DNA from: an uncultured Bifidobacterium sp. | GTDB lineage: Bacteria > Verrucomicrobiota > Verrucomicrobiia > Limisphaerales > JADJPG01 | Assembly: GCA_964491875.1 (NCBI GenBank) | Contig: CAZBIC010000037.1 | Span: 4,567-68,566, forward strand | DNA length: 64,000 nucleotides | Direction of reading: 5' to 3' | The notes under the pieces: model-generated | Database searches by the model: none | The model's input: the letters and a program-made list of their open reading frames with translations, nothing else | Told to the model about the DNA's origin: nothing | Position numbers and translations under genes: made by a program | Shown: in pieces, positions 1 through 9,509 of the stretch | How positions within the stretch are numbered: position 1 is the stretch's first letter | Layout of the letters: each line of letters opens with the position of its first letter

Positions 1-1740
1 TGGGATGGTCCGCTCGGCGCCGTGCGCGTTGGTCGCGTCAATGGCAAGTTCGTCGCTAACCCGACTCACGCCGAACAGGCGGAGAGCGATCTTGATCTCG
101 TCTATGTCGGTAACGACAAAGACGTGGTGATGTTCGAAGGTTCGGCCAAGGAAATCACTGAAGCCGACTTCAACGCGGCGCTCGCCTTCGGTCAGGAATG
201 CTGCCAGCCGATCATCGCCGCGCAGAAGCAGCTCGCCGCGAAAGCCGGCAAGCCGAAGCGCCAGATTACGCTCAATGTTGTTCCTGAAGAGATTCTCAAG
301 GAAGCCAAGGCTCTCGCCGGCGACCGCTTCGTCCCCGCGCTCCTGACGCCAGGCAAGCTCGCCCGCGAATCCGCCTGCAAAGCGATTCAAGACGAAGTCG
401 GCACCAAGCTCGTTGAGAAATTCGGCGCAGAAAAAGTGACGCCGTTCGTCGTGAAGGACGCGTTTTACTACATCCAGAAGGAAGCGGTCCGCAGCCTCAT
501 TCTGAACAACGGCAAGCGCCTCGACGGCCGTGGCTTTGACGCCATTCGCCCGATCTCCGGTGAAGTCGGCATGCTGCCCCGTGCGCATGGTTCGGCGATT
601 TTCGTTCGCGGTGAAACCCAGGCGGTGACCCTCGTCACGCTCGGCACCGGCGAAGACGCTCAGGAATTCGACAGCTATACGGGTGGCGAGAACGAGAAGA
701 AGTTCATTCTCCACTACAACTTCCCGAACTTCTCCGTCGGCGAAACCGGACGCATCAGCGGCCCCGGTCGTCGCGAGATCGGCCACGGCGCGCTCGCTGA
801 ACGTTCCATCGAGCCGATGCTTCCGCTCGACACGTATCCTTATGCAGTTCGCGTCACGAGCGAGATCATGGAATCGAACGGTTCCACATCCATGGCCTCT
901 GTTTGCGGCGGCACGCTCGCACTCATGGATGCCGGTGTCCCGATGATCCGCCCTGTGGCTGGCATCAGCGTCGGCATCTGCACCGAGAAGGACGACACCG
1001 CCATCGGTCGCTACCAACTCCTCACCGACATCATCGGCTGGGAAGACGCCTACTGCGACATGGATTGCAAAATCGCCGGTACCGACAAGGGCATCACTGG
1101 CTTCCAACTCGACCTCAAGCTGAAGGGCCTTCCGCACAAGCTCATGGCTGAAGCGGTCGAGAAAGCCCGCGTCGCGCGCCTGTCCATCCTCAACGACATG
1201 GCGAAAGTCATTGCCGAACCGCGCAAGGAACTCAGCAAGTATGCTCCGCGCATCGTGCAGATTCGGATCAACCCCGAGAAGATTGGCGCGTTGATCGGAC
1301 CTGGCGGCAAGAACATCAAGCGCATCGTCGAAGAGTCCGGTTGCGAGATCAACATTGAGGACGACGGCACGGTGAACGTTTACTCGGTCAGCGCCGAAGG
1401 CATGGAAGTGGCCCGCCGCGAAATCGAAGGCATGACGGCAGAAGCGGAGATCGGACGGATCTACCGTGGTCGCGTCGTGACCATCAAGGAATTCGGCTGC
1501 TTCGTGGAATTCCTCCCCGGCAAGGACGGCCTGTGCCACATCAGCGAGCTCGCAAACTTCCGCGTCAAGCAGACGGAAGACATCGTCAAGATGGGCGACG
1601 AAATCTGGGTCAAGTGCCTGGGTGTCGACGAAAAAGGCCGCGTGAAACTTTCCCGGAAGGCTGCGATGGCCGAGCGCGACAAGGAAGCCGGCGGCACGGA
1701 AGGCGCCGCGAAGGACGCTGAACCTGCTGGTAAAAACTAA
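1..1740 (+). CDS. pnp: Polyribonucleotide nucleotidyltransferase (PNPase), 5' end outside window
   Basis: The reading frame of ORF 22..1740 is open from the window start. It shows a second RNase PH-like core, then a KH domain ([10 protein letters not shown]) and an S1 domain ([28 protein letters not shown]) at the C-terminus. Confidence 0.95.
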   Translation, partial: WDGPLGAVRVGRVNGKFVANPTHAEQAESDLDLVYVGNDKDVVMFEGSAKEITEADFNAALAFGQECCQPIIAAQKQLAAKAGKPKRQITLNVVPEEILKEAKALAGDRFVPALLTPGKLARESACKAIQDEVGTKLVEKFGAEKVTPFVVKDAFYYIQKEAVRSLILNNGKRLDGRGFDAIRPISGEVGMLPRAHGSAIFVRGETQAVTLVTLGTGEDAQEFDSYTGGENEKKFILHYNFPNFSVGETGRISGPGRREIGHGALAERSIEPMLPLDTYPYAVRVTSEIMESNGSTSMASVCGGTLALMDAGVPMIRPVAGISVGICTEKDDTAIGRYQLLTDIIGWEDAYCDMDCKIAGTDKGITGFQLDLKLKGLPHKLMAEAVEKARVARLSILNDMAKVIAEPRKELSKYAPRIVQIRINPEKIGALIGPGGKNIKRIVEESGCEINIEDDGTVNVYSVSAEGMEVARREIEGMTAEAEIGRIYRGRVVTIKEFGCFVEFLPGKDGLCHISELANFRVKQTEDIVKMGDEIWVKCLGVDEKGRVKLSRKAAMAERDKEAGGTEGAAKDAEPAGKN

Positions 1741-1767
1741 GGCCGCACCCGTCCCTTAAACAATTCA

Positions 1768-1806
1768 AGCGGCCGTGCAGTTCACCCTGCCCGGCCGCTT
1801 TTTTCT
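1768..1806 (+). terminator. Rho-independent terminator after pnp
   Basis: GC stem agcggccg (1768-1775) pairs with cggccgct (1792-1799) around a 16-nt loop. A T-run (tttttct) follows. The stem starts 28 nt after the pnp stop. Confidence 0.7.
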
Positions 1807-1810
1807 GACC

Positions 1811-2068
1811 GTGAGAACCGCAACCCGCCTGACAGCCTTGTTCATCAGCCTCGTCACAGTGGCCTTATGGTTCTTCGGCGGTCCGAATCTCGGCACCACA
1901 AGAATCAACGAGGTCGTCCGCGCGGTGGACACCGCCACGGGGAACGAAACCGTCAGCCACGAGACTCGATTCCTTCCTGGAATAGATTTCCTCGCCATTG
2001 GCTTGATCCTCGCCGCCATCGTCTGGGCATCGGGACGATTGATGCGACCTTCTCCTTCGGCGTCATAA
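1811..2068 (+). CDS. Small hypothetical membrane protein (start uncertain; track ORF begins 1775)
   Basis: Two hydrophobic helices (LTALFISLVTVALWFF and IDFLAIGLILAAIVWA). The ORF ends 7 nt before apaG. The GTG at 1811 lies just past the pnp terminator. No family recognised. Confidence 0.35.
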   Translation: MRTATRLTALFISLVTVALWFFGGPNLGTTRINEVVRAVDTATGNETVSHETRFLPGIDFLAIGLILAAIVWASGRLMRPSPSAS

Positions 2069-2074
2069 TCTCTC

Positions 2075-2455
2075 ATGTCCGACCCAATTCAGGAACTGCC
2101 CGGGCTGACAGTCACCATTGATCAAGTCCTGCATCAGCCGGACGCGCAGACGCCACCCGACCGCCGGCATTGCTTCGCCTATTTCATCAGCATCCACAAT
2201 CACAGCGACGCGACCGTGACGATCAAGGGACGTAAATGGGTAGTGCGTGACGACGACGGAAACACCATCGCGCTCGAAGGAGACGGCGTGGTCGGCCAGT
2301 TCCCCAAACTTCATCCAGGGGAAAAGTTCAGCTACAACAGTTACCACGTCTTCAACACCGGCTCTGCCGTCGCCGAAGGAAGTTATCTGGGAATCACTGA
2401 CGACGGTCGGCGAGTATTTACACGCATTCCACGGTTTGAAATGCACGTTCCGTAA
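2075..2455 (+). CDS. apaG: ApaG (DUF525) protein
   Basis: 126 aa. Shows the ApaG pattern FAYFISIHNHSD..VTIKGRKWVV.D..G....LEGDGVVGQFPKLHPGEKFSYNS. Confidence 0.85.
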   Translation: MSDPIQELPGLTVTIDQVLHQPDAQTPPDRRHCFAYFISIHNHSDATVTIKGRKWVVRDDDGNTIALEGDGVVGQFPKLHPGEKFSYNSYHVFNTGSAVAEGSYLGITDDGRRVFTRIPRFEMHVP

Positions 2456-2470
2456 AGCCCAAGGAAGTCG

Positions 2471-2689
2471 CTACGCGTGACGGAAAGTGATGCGGGCCTT
2501 GTTCAAATCGTAGGGAGTAATCTCCACTTCCACTTTGTCGCCAGGACAAATGCGGATGAAATTCTTCCTCATTTTCCCCGAGATGTGGGCCAGCACCTCA
2601 TGCCCGTTGGCCAGCGCCACGCGAAACATCGTCCCCGGCAACACCTGGGTCACCGTGCCCTGTAATGCAATTGGTTCTTCTTTCGCCAC
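2471..2689 (-). CDS. infA: Translation initiation factor IF-1
   Basis: [70 protein letters not shown] is a canonical IF-1 S1-fold. The GTG start at 2689 gives the usual 72 aa. The track's longer 93-aa ORF adds a non-homologous extension. Confidence 0.93.
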   Translation of the reverse strand: MAKEEPIALQGTVTQVLPGTMFRVALANGHEVLAHISGKMRKNFIRICPGDKVEVEITPYDLNKARITFRHA

Positions 2690-2854
2690 GAGTTGAACAA
2701 TTTGGTGGACCAGCCGGAAGGGGATTTGCCAATGAGACCCATTCACAGGCAAGCCGACAACTTACAAGGCCTCGGACGATGCTGATTTCACACGCCCAAA
2801 TCAAGCGAGTTTTGGACGACGATTCGCCCACGCAACGCGCCCAGCCCCGCCAGA

Positions 2855-4018
2855 CTACGGCCCGCTGATTCCCATGAAGAGAATCACCAAATCGATGATG
2901 AAAAGCAGGACGATCGTAACCTCAAGGATCAACATCCAGCGGTTGTTCTGGTCGTGTTTAAGAATCTCATACAACTCGTCCAGCGTCTTGAGCTTCTCTT
3001 CCACCGCGTGATGCCAGTCCGAGAGATGGAAACGCGCCGCAATGTTTTCGTAGATGCGGGCGAGATGCCAGTCGCCGAAGAACTTCGTGATGTTCATCAA
3101 CTCATCGCTGACCCGCGCCATGTCGATTCGAATCTCCCGCAGATCGCGCAACACATGGGCGCGCGTGCGGATGTTGCGACGATTGAGATCGCGGTAGGAT
3201 CGTTCCAGCGAATCATCGAGCAACCGATCGTAGGCTTCGAGCTCTGCCAGTTGGAGATTCGCCAGTTCCATCACATAGAGCGTCTCATCGAAGTCCGCGC
3301 GGTCATCGATGATGAGCGCCGAGTCCCAATCGATCACCACCAAGTCGTTCTGATAGTAACTGAGGTAACGTCCGGTTGATTCCTCCGCTTCCTGCTTGGA
3401 GAGGAGATTCACATCGGATTCCTGCGTCAGCAACGCCGCCACCTGACGCCGATTCGCCTGCAACCACTGCTCGGCGCCCAGCGCCTGCCCCTCGGCATTC
3501 GTCATCGGCGCATCGAGACAGAAGACGGTATACGCTTCCTCGTCGACCAGGTGAGGATTCGGCCGCACCGAGTAGGGCATCAACTCGCGATGAACCGCCT
3601 CCGCCAGCAATCGCACGTCGAGATTCAAGGACCCGGTGTCGAAGTGCAAATCGTGAAACGCCACCAAATCCTCAAGCCGTTCGACCGCGAACGGAATGCG
3701 AACCGTGATACTCACCGCGCCTACCGGAAGCAGCTTCACGACGCGGTCCACGTTCACAGGACCAAAGGGCCCCACACGTTCCATCGCCGGCAGACGAATC
3801 ATCTGCGGCTTGTAAAAGAAATGATGGCGCGGATGCCGACGGCTGGAATCGAAGGCGAACGGCACCACCTTCTGGCCGAGCAACTCCGGCACCGGCTCCC
3901 GATTCAGGTCATACGCGACATCGTAGGCGTAGATGTAAACGACCTCACCCGTATAGCGACGGCGCGAAACCGTCTGACTAGCGGGCTTCGTCTGTGGCGG
4001 TTGGAGGTTGGTTTCCAT
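2855..4018 (-). CDS. DUF155/RMD1-like (COG1723) protein with C-terminal TM helix
   Basis: 387 aa. Overall layout fits the family: VVYIYAYDVAYDL near the N-terminus, a coiled-coil middle and a single C-terminal TM (WMLILEVTIVLLFIIDLVILFMGI). The family call is from memory of its architecture and has not been verified. Confidence 0.45.
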   Translation of the reverse strand: METNLQPPQTKPASQTVSRRRYTGEVVYIYAYDVAYDLNREPVPELLGQKVVPFAFDSSRRHPRHHFFYKPQMIRLPAMERVGPFGPVNVDRVVKLLPVGAVSITVRIPFAVERLEDLVAFHDLHFDTGSLNLDVRLLAEAVHRELMPYSVRPNPHLVDEEAYTVFCLDAPMTNAEGQALGAEQWLQANRRQVAALLTQESDVNLLSKQEAEESTGRYLSYYQNDLVVIDWDSALIIDDRADFDETLYVMELANLQLAELEAYDRLLDDSLERSYRDLNRRNIRTRAHVLRDLREIRIDMARVSDELMNITKFFGDWHLARIYENIAARFHLSDWHHAVEEKLKTLDELYEILKHDQNNRWMLILEVTIVLLFIIDLVILFMGISGP

Positions 4019-4160
4019 ATCGGTATCCCAAGTTTATCCCTCCGGCTGCGGACTGTCCATTCGGCCCCTCCTTGCCACCAGATCAAGCCCGTCGATTCTG
4101 CAACCCCCTGTTTGCCAACCACCTGAATCGTTCCGCTCCTAGTCTGTAATCTCAACTCGC

Positions 4161-5291
4161 TTAGTCACGTTTTGGCAACAAGACACCACCCCCACCCATT
4201 CGCGCACGGATTTCCGCCGGATCGCGAAAGATCCACCAGCGATTCGTTCCCACGCCACTGAACACCTTTTGGTAACGCGGAGCCGACGCTTCTTCACCCG
4301 TGACATCGCGGATGAATACCGCCCGAACTTGCTTGGGAAATCCGCGGGCCAGTTGCGCGTAGATCTCTGGATCTTTTTCGCCGGAATCCCCGACCAACAC
4401 GAACTGCCGCCGCGGAAACTGTCGCAGCAACGGTTCGATCACGCCCGGCTTGTATTTCTCCGGCGACGCAAACATCGCCGCCGCCGTGCGGTCCTTCAGC
4501 CGGAAATCCTTCATGTGAAATGTTCCCGCCGGAAATCCATTGCTCCGCACAAATTCCCTCAGGGGTAGATACAATTGCCACGGACTCGCTGAAACGTAGT
4601 GGAACGCCGCCCCGTGCTGCTCGGCCCAAAGTCGATACGTCTGTGACATTCCCGGAACCGCACCGAATGGACGGCAAAACGTATTCTTCAGCAACGCTTC
4701 GCGATTCAACACATCGCTAATCTTGATTGTGTCATCGATATCCGAAACGACAGACAATCCGTCTTCTTCGATGACGTGAACCTCCGCGTTTACAATGCGC
4801 CCGCCGCTGTCCTCCACGACGAGCGGGAAGTTGATTCGTTCCGGACCGGCGAACCACGCCGTCTGGACAAGATTGGAACTGAGGAATTGGCGCTTGCCGA
4901 ACCGGCCATTCGCACCGGAACGCCCCATCGTCCAAGAGTCATTACCCAATCGAACACGAATGGATTTGCGCCGCTCGTTGTCCACCATGAATAACCGGCT
5001 TCGTTCAGCAAACACCGCTGCTTCGTCCGTCGACATCTCGAACCCGCTCAAACCGAACAATTGCCGCGTCAGGAAACTCGTAGCCGCGCGCTTCTCCTGC
5101 TCGTAGATAATCCCACTCCATTGAACCTCCCAGCCGCCGGGCGCGCTGCGGGCCAGCGCCGGATAAAGCAAAACGGTTTCATCCGCGGAAACCGCCGCGC
5201 GAAGCCCGGGACACCCGACCAACAGAGCCATCACCACGAGACGCACGAGCGATCTCCTGAAGCTCACCGCGGTTTTCAAGGCGCGTCTCAT
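4161..5291 (-). CDS. App1-family phosphatidate phosphatase (DUF2183), secreted or membrane-anchored
   Basis: HAD-like DxDxT motif (VVSDIDDTIKISD) and a second Asp block (LVGDSGEKDPEIY). N-terminal signal/anchor LVRLVVMALLVGCPGLRA. The start at M16 (5291) avoids overlap with the upstream gene; the track start is 5336. Confidence 0.7.
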   Translation of the reverse strand: MRRALKTAVSFRRSLVRLVVMALLVGCPGLRAAVSADETVLLYPALARSAPGGWEVQWSGIIYEQEKRAATSFLTRQLFGLSGFEMSTDEAAVFAERSRLFMVDNERRKSIRVRLGNDSWTMGRSGANGRFGKRQFLSSNLVQTAWFAGPERINFPLVVEDSGGRIVNAEVHVIEEDGLSVVSDIDDTIKISDVLNREALLKNTFCRPFGAVPGMSQTYRLWAEQHGAAFHYVSASPWQLYLPLREFVRSNGFPAGTFHMKDFRLKDRTAAAMFASPEKYKPGVIEPLLRQFPRRQFVLVGDSGEKDPEIYAQLARGFPKQVRAVFIRDVTGEEASAPRYQKVFSGVGTNRWWIFRDPAEIRARMGGGGVLLPKRD

Positions 5292-5299
5292 GCGGAATC

Positions 5300-6424
5300 T
5301 CACCTGTTTCCCAGTCGCTGAATAACTTCCCGGCAAACCGACTGCGCGGCCTGCGGTCGGCCGAGACGGCGGGATTCATCTCCCATTGCGATCAGCTTCT
5401 TGGAGCCAATCAGTTTCTCGATCCGAAACGGCAAATCCTCCACGCGGTTCACCTTCGCCGCCGCGCCGTGTTCCAATAGAAAATCACTATTTGCCGCCTC
5501 CTGGCCGGGAATCGGATCGATCACAAACATCGGTCGCCCCATCGCCAGCGCTTCCGAACTCGTCAAGCCGCCGGGTTTGCTGACGACCAAATCCGAAACC
5601 GCCATCAGCTCATGCATGTTCGACGCGAACCCAAGAACGTGCGTCGGATGTTTGCGGTCCATCACTGCCAGCTCCCGGCGCAGCTCCTCATTCCGGCCAC
5701 AGACCACCACGAGTTGAACCGGCGTGGTTACCTTGTTCAATTCCCCGAGAATCTTCGCCACCGGGCCCATTCCGAATCCACCACTCAACACCAGCAACAC
5801 CGGAAGATCGTCCCGCAATCCGATCCGCTTGCGAACATCAGCGCGATCAATGGACGCGGAAAACTTCGAGGCGATCGGAATGCCGGTCGCCGCCACCGCA
5901 TCCGCCGTTGCGCCCCGCGCGACCAATCGCGCCTTCGTCTCCTCCGCCGCCACGCAATAGAGATTCACTGACGGTTCCATCCACAACGCGTGCGCCTCGA
6001 AATCCGTCACGATGCTCACCACCATGGGACTGAACCGCAGCTTCGGCTCGTCCTTCAACTGCCCCAAAATCTCCAACGGCATGTAATGCGTACACAACAC
6101 AACATCCGGTTTGAACTGCTTGAGGTGGGCAATGAACTTTTGCGTACGATACTTGGAAACTGATCGGCGAAATTTCGTCAGTTTGCGCGCCAGGGCCGGA
6201 TTATCCGTCTTCTTGAACACCATCGCCCACAGCTCCGGCGCATGCGCAATCAGCTTCACGTAGCCCTCGACGTACAGCTTTCGATACAGCTTCGGCATGA
6301 AGTCGAGCACGTCGACGCACTCGACGGTGTCGCGGGGACGCAACCCGCGCCACGCCTCTTCGAGCGCTGCGGCGGCCTGAAGATGCCCTGCTCCGGCGGT
6401 GACCGTGGCAATAAGGATTCGCAT
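5300..6424 (-). CDS. Monoglycosyl/diglycosyl-diacylglycerol synthase-like glycosyltransferase (GT28, MGDG-synthase/UgtP type)
   Basis: N-terminus MRILIATVTAGAGHLQAA is a G-loop typical of the MGDG_synth N-domain. The C-terminal GT-B half carries LVLSGGFGMG and KPGGLTSSEALA. Confidence 0.8.
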   Translation of the reverse strand: MRILIATVTAGAGHLQAAAALEEAWRGLRPRDTVECVDVLDFMPKLYRKLYVEGYVKLIAHAPELWAMVFKKTDNPALARKLTKFRRSVSKYRTQKFIAHLKQFKPDVVLCTHYMPLEILGQLKDEPKLRFSPMVVSIVTDFEAHALWMEPSVNLYCVAAEETKARLVARGATADAVAATGIPIASKFSASIDRADVRKRIGLRDDLPVLLVLSGGFGMGPVAKILGELNKVTTPVQLVVVCGRNEELRRELAVMDRKHPTHVLGFASNMHELMAVSDLVVSKPGGLTSSEALAMGRPMFVIDPIPGQEAANSDFLLEHGAAAKVNRVEDLPFRIEKLIGSKKLIAMGDESRRLGRPQAAQSVCREVIQRLGNR

Positions 6425-6537
6425 GGGATTAGTTAAAGACCTGTCTTGAACACGGGCGCAGCAAAGCGGATCTCCTCTCGCCGTTCAAGCGTCCTTCGCA
6501 CGATGCAGTCCGTCACCGCTGCTTCACTGGAGCAAAG

Positions 6538-8349
6538 TTATTTCCCCGCCGCCGCCGGCGATTCAATCAGCTTGGGCGCCTCGTACCATTCGCCTCGCAG
6601 CCAGTCCGCGATCAGCTGGATGGAATGCGCATCGAGAATCTGCTCCTTCGCGAAACCCGGCATGCGATCGTTGCGTTTGCCATAGAAGCGGTCGTGCGTC
6701 GGATCGTTGATGATGCCAATCAGCCATTCGCGGGAACCGTAACCGGTCAGGTCCGGCGCCGAGGCGTCTTCATCCGTCTTGCGGAACTGATGACACTCGG
6801 TGCAGCGCATCGTGTCGCCAGCCGCCAGGGTTCGGCCCTCGGCAATGATCGCCGCATCCGCCTGATCCAATGCGCGTTGTGCTTTTAGACCCGCTTCCGC
6901 GGAGACGGCGGCAATCACCTTCCGCAGCTGTTCCTTTTCATCTGCGCTGTAAGCCGCAACATCTTTCTTCACAAAGCGGACCATTTTGCCGTCCCGGAAC
7001 TTCGTCCCACCAAAGTAATTCGTGCTCGCGACCTTCGCTGGATCGAGCATCCCAGCCAGCCACTCGCGCGACGCGAAGCCTTTCAAGTCCGGTCCGGATT
7101 GAGGATCCTGCGGCACAATCCCCAGACCATCATGGCCATCAAACCGATGACAGCTCGCGCAGTTCTTGGAGAAGAGTTTCGGTCCCTGAGTGAGCGGATC
7201 GTTGCGCAGCAGTTCCACAGCGCCCAATGCCGAAATGCCGGACGGCGATTGCGCGAGTTCCTTCACGCGTTGAGCTTCGAAGCGAGCGGCTTTGACGCCC
7301 GCCAGGTATTCCGGATTGCTCCGATCTTCTGCGATTGCCAGCCAGGTCAGCAACGCCGCTCCACCCAGCATCGCCCAAAGAAAACCCAGATTGAACCGGT
7401 GACCCAGCTTCCAGTTCCCGATAAACGGCATCGCAAAGATGACCAGCAGCAGGACCGTGGGAATGATGATGGCACCCCAGATCTCAGTGCCGCCCGGGAA
7501 GTATTTCAGGAATTGAAACAGGAACAGAAAATACCATTCAGGTCGCGCCGCCGAGTAAGGCTCGGACGGATCCGCAGGTGCCGTGAGTTCCGCTCCACGG
7601 GTCTGGATCACGAGGAACAACACCGTCGCCAGAACCGCCAGACATGCCACCGCGTCCTTGAGAACCTGATCGGGCCAGAACGCCGCGTCCGGACGCATCT
7701 TCGGTTCCTTCGCCTTCAAGCCGTGCCGGCGGAAGAGATAAATATGCACCACGAGCAGTGCGATAATCGAAGCCGGCAACACCCCAGCGTGCAGCGCGAA
7801 GAACCGGGTGAGGGTGTGATGTCCGTAGTCAGCTCCGCCGATGATGAGCTTCTGAAGCTCAGGCCCGATGAACGGCGTGATCGCTGCGATGCTAGTCGCC
7901 ACCTTCGTCGCCCAGTAACCCTTCTGGTCCCACGGCAGCAGGTAGCCGGTGAGTGACAGCCCCATGACCAGTAGCAGCAGGCCTAGGCCGAACCAGAAAT
8001 TCATCTCGCGCGGCGCCTTATAAGCACCGTCGATCACCACTTGCATCAAGTGCAGCACCAGCAGGATGTTCATGGCCTGCGCCGTGTAATGATGCAGCCC
8101 GCGGAGGAACCAGCCGCCTGCCATTTCGTACTGGATGTAGTAAACGCTCTCCCACGCCGTTTGGGAACTGGGGCTGTAGGCCATCCACAGGAAAGTTCCC
8201 GTGATGAATTGAATCACGAGACAGAACGTGAGCGTGCTGCCCCACACGTAACGCCAGCGCGCGCCGCCCGGAACGTTCTCATACAAGGCATGCTTGACGA
8301 TCGCCTTGTAGCCCGTGCGTTGGTCGAGCCAATTGAAGAGCGAATTCAT
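6538..8349 (-). CDS. Cytochrome b fused to a C-terminal dihaem cytochrome c domain (bc-complex subunit)
   Basis: Polytopic N-terminal cytochrome b core with conserved His pairs (GLHHYTAQAMN and FALHAGVLP). The C-terminal soluble part has two CxxCH motifs (CASCH and CTECH). It overlaps the Rieske gene by 4 nt. Confidence 0.85.
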   Translation of the reverse strand: MNSLFNWLDQRTGYKAIVKHALYENVPGGARWRYVWGSTLTFCLVIQFITGTFLWMAYSPSSQTAWESVYYIQYEMAGGWFLRGLHHYTAQAMNILLVLHLMQVVIDGAYKAPREMNFWFGLGLLLLVMGLSLTGYLLPWDQKGYWATKVATSIAAITPFIGPELQKLIIGGADYGHHTLTRFFALHAGVLPASIIALLVVHIYLFRRHGLKAKEPKMRPDAAFWPDQVLKDAVACLAVLATVLFLVIQTRGAELTAPADPSEPYSAARPEWYFLFLFQFLKYFPGGTEIWGAIIIPTVLLLVIFAMPFIGNWKLGHRFNLGFLWAMLGGAALLTWLAIAEDRSNPEYLAGVKAARFEAQRVKELAQSPSGISALGAVELLRNDPLTQGPKLFSKNCASCHRFDGHDGLGIVPQDPQSGPDLKGFASREWLAGMLDPAKVASTNYFGGTKFRDGKMVRFVKKDVAAYSADEKEQLRKVIAAVSAEAGLKAQRALDQADAAIIAEGRTLAAGDTMRCTECHQFRKTDEDASAPDLTGYGSREWLIGIINDPTHDRFYGKRNDRMPGFAKEQILDAHSIQLIADWLRGEWYEAPKLIESPAAAGK

Positions 8350-8894
8350 GACGCGACAATCTTCTCGTGAATGCCGGCGCGGTAGTTCTCGAACTTGACC
8401 AACACCGCACCGTCGTCTTCAACCTTCACCTCCATGGTGTCCAGCGGCCGCGGGCTAGGGCTGCTCGCGTCCTTGATGGCGCCGTCCAGGGCGAAGCGGC
8501 TGTTGTGACAGGGGCACAGGTAATTCCTCTGGTCAGGCTGGTAATTCACGAAGCAACCGGCGTGCGGACAGACGACGTTGATGGCCTGAACTTCCTTCGG
8601 TCCCGTCTTCCGCAGATACACAGCGCCGACACGGACCTCGGGATACTTGTTCCAGGCGTCCTGACGCTCTGACACGACAGGGAACTGCCGCGGCGTTCCG
8701 TCTTCCGGGAGGGAGCTGAGAGTCGCGACGCGCAAGAAGCGCCCGGCTTTGGCCTTGTGCCGAAGCGGATCCAGCAAGGTGACCAGTCCAGCGCCTGCCG
8801 GCACCAGCGTCGTCACTGCTCCAATGCCGACTGCTGCCGCTTTGACTAAAAAGTCTCGACGACCTGATTGGGACGAATCGTTTGGTTCGCTCAT
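8346..8894 (-). CDS. Rieske [2Fe-2S] iron-sulfur protein with Tat signal
   Basis: Twin-arginine signal SGRRDFLVKAAAVG. Rieske boxes CPHAGC and CPCHNSRF. Confidence 0.9.
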   Translation of the reverse strand: MSEPNDSSQSGRRDFLVKAAAVGIGAVTTLVPAGAGLVTLLDPLRHKAKAGRFLRVATLSSLPEDGTPRQFPVVSERQDAWNKYPEVRVGAVYLRKTGPKEVQAINVVCPHAGCFVNYQPDQRNYLCPCHNSRFALDGAIKDASSPSPRPLDTMEVKVEDDGAVLVKFENYRAGIHEKIVAS

Positions 8895-9096
8895 GCTGCG
8901 GAATAAATAACAGACTTGCCCTCACCAAATTTTGGCGAAGAGACAGGCGGATAATGGTTGAGATCACTTCAAAAAGGCAAAACGTATTTCCCCGTGGAGA
9001 GTCCAGCGGCGCATCATCAGGACAAATCGCACGCGCTTCATCCAAACGGGTGAAAAATTTTTGCAATTTGGAAATCGCTGTCCCACTCTTGCGGCG

Positions 9097-9471
9097 ATGA
9101 AGCAACCGCTTGCGCTGCTGCTCTACGAGAAACTCCTGCCCGGTGGCCAGTTGGTCAACCGGTTGCAGGATCTCGGCTATCGCGTCCAGCCAGTGCCCGG
9201 CCCGGCGGATCTGCTGTCCACGGCGGAACGAGAGAGGCCCATGTTGGCATTCATCGACCTCGAACCCCGATTCGAGGCCTTCTGCGAGGCCATCGCGAAA
9301 CTCCGCGCGAACAACACGACCAATCACATTCCGGTGATCGCGTTCGCAAGTCAGCAGAACATCCAAGCTCACGAAAAGGCCCGTCAATCCGGTGCCACAT
9401 TGGTGGTCAACGACACCGCCCTCCTGCTTCACCTTAATCAATTTCTGGATCAGGCGCTGCACGTTGATTGA
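9097..9471 (+). CDS. CheY-like receiver-domain protein (atypical acidic pocket)
   Basis: (beta-alpha)5 receiver layout: LALLLYE is strand 1 with YE in place of the usual DD, MLAFIDLE carries the phospho-acceptor-position Asp, then IPVIAFAS and K in HEKARQSGAT. The start is taken at MKQPLALLL. Confidence 0.55.
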   Translation: MKQPLALLLYEKLLPGGQLVNRLQDLGYRVQPVPGPADLLSTAERERPMLAFIDLEPRFEAFCEAIAKLRANNTTNHIPVIAFASQQNIQAHEKARQSGATLVVNDTALLLHLNQFLDQALHVD

Positions 9472-9509
9472 CCACCAGCGCCCACGCTGTCCCGACGCAC
9501 CTCCCCTTT

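Noticed and set aside
8533-9462. 309-aa minus-strand ORF spanning the Rieske gene 5' end and the receiver gene.
   Set aside because: It overlaps two well-supported genes on both strands, has R/G-rich composition and shows no recognisable domain.
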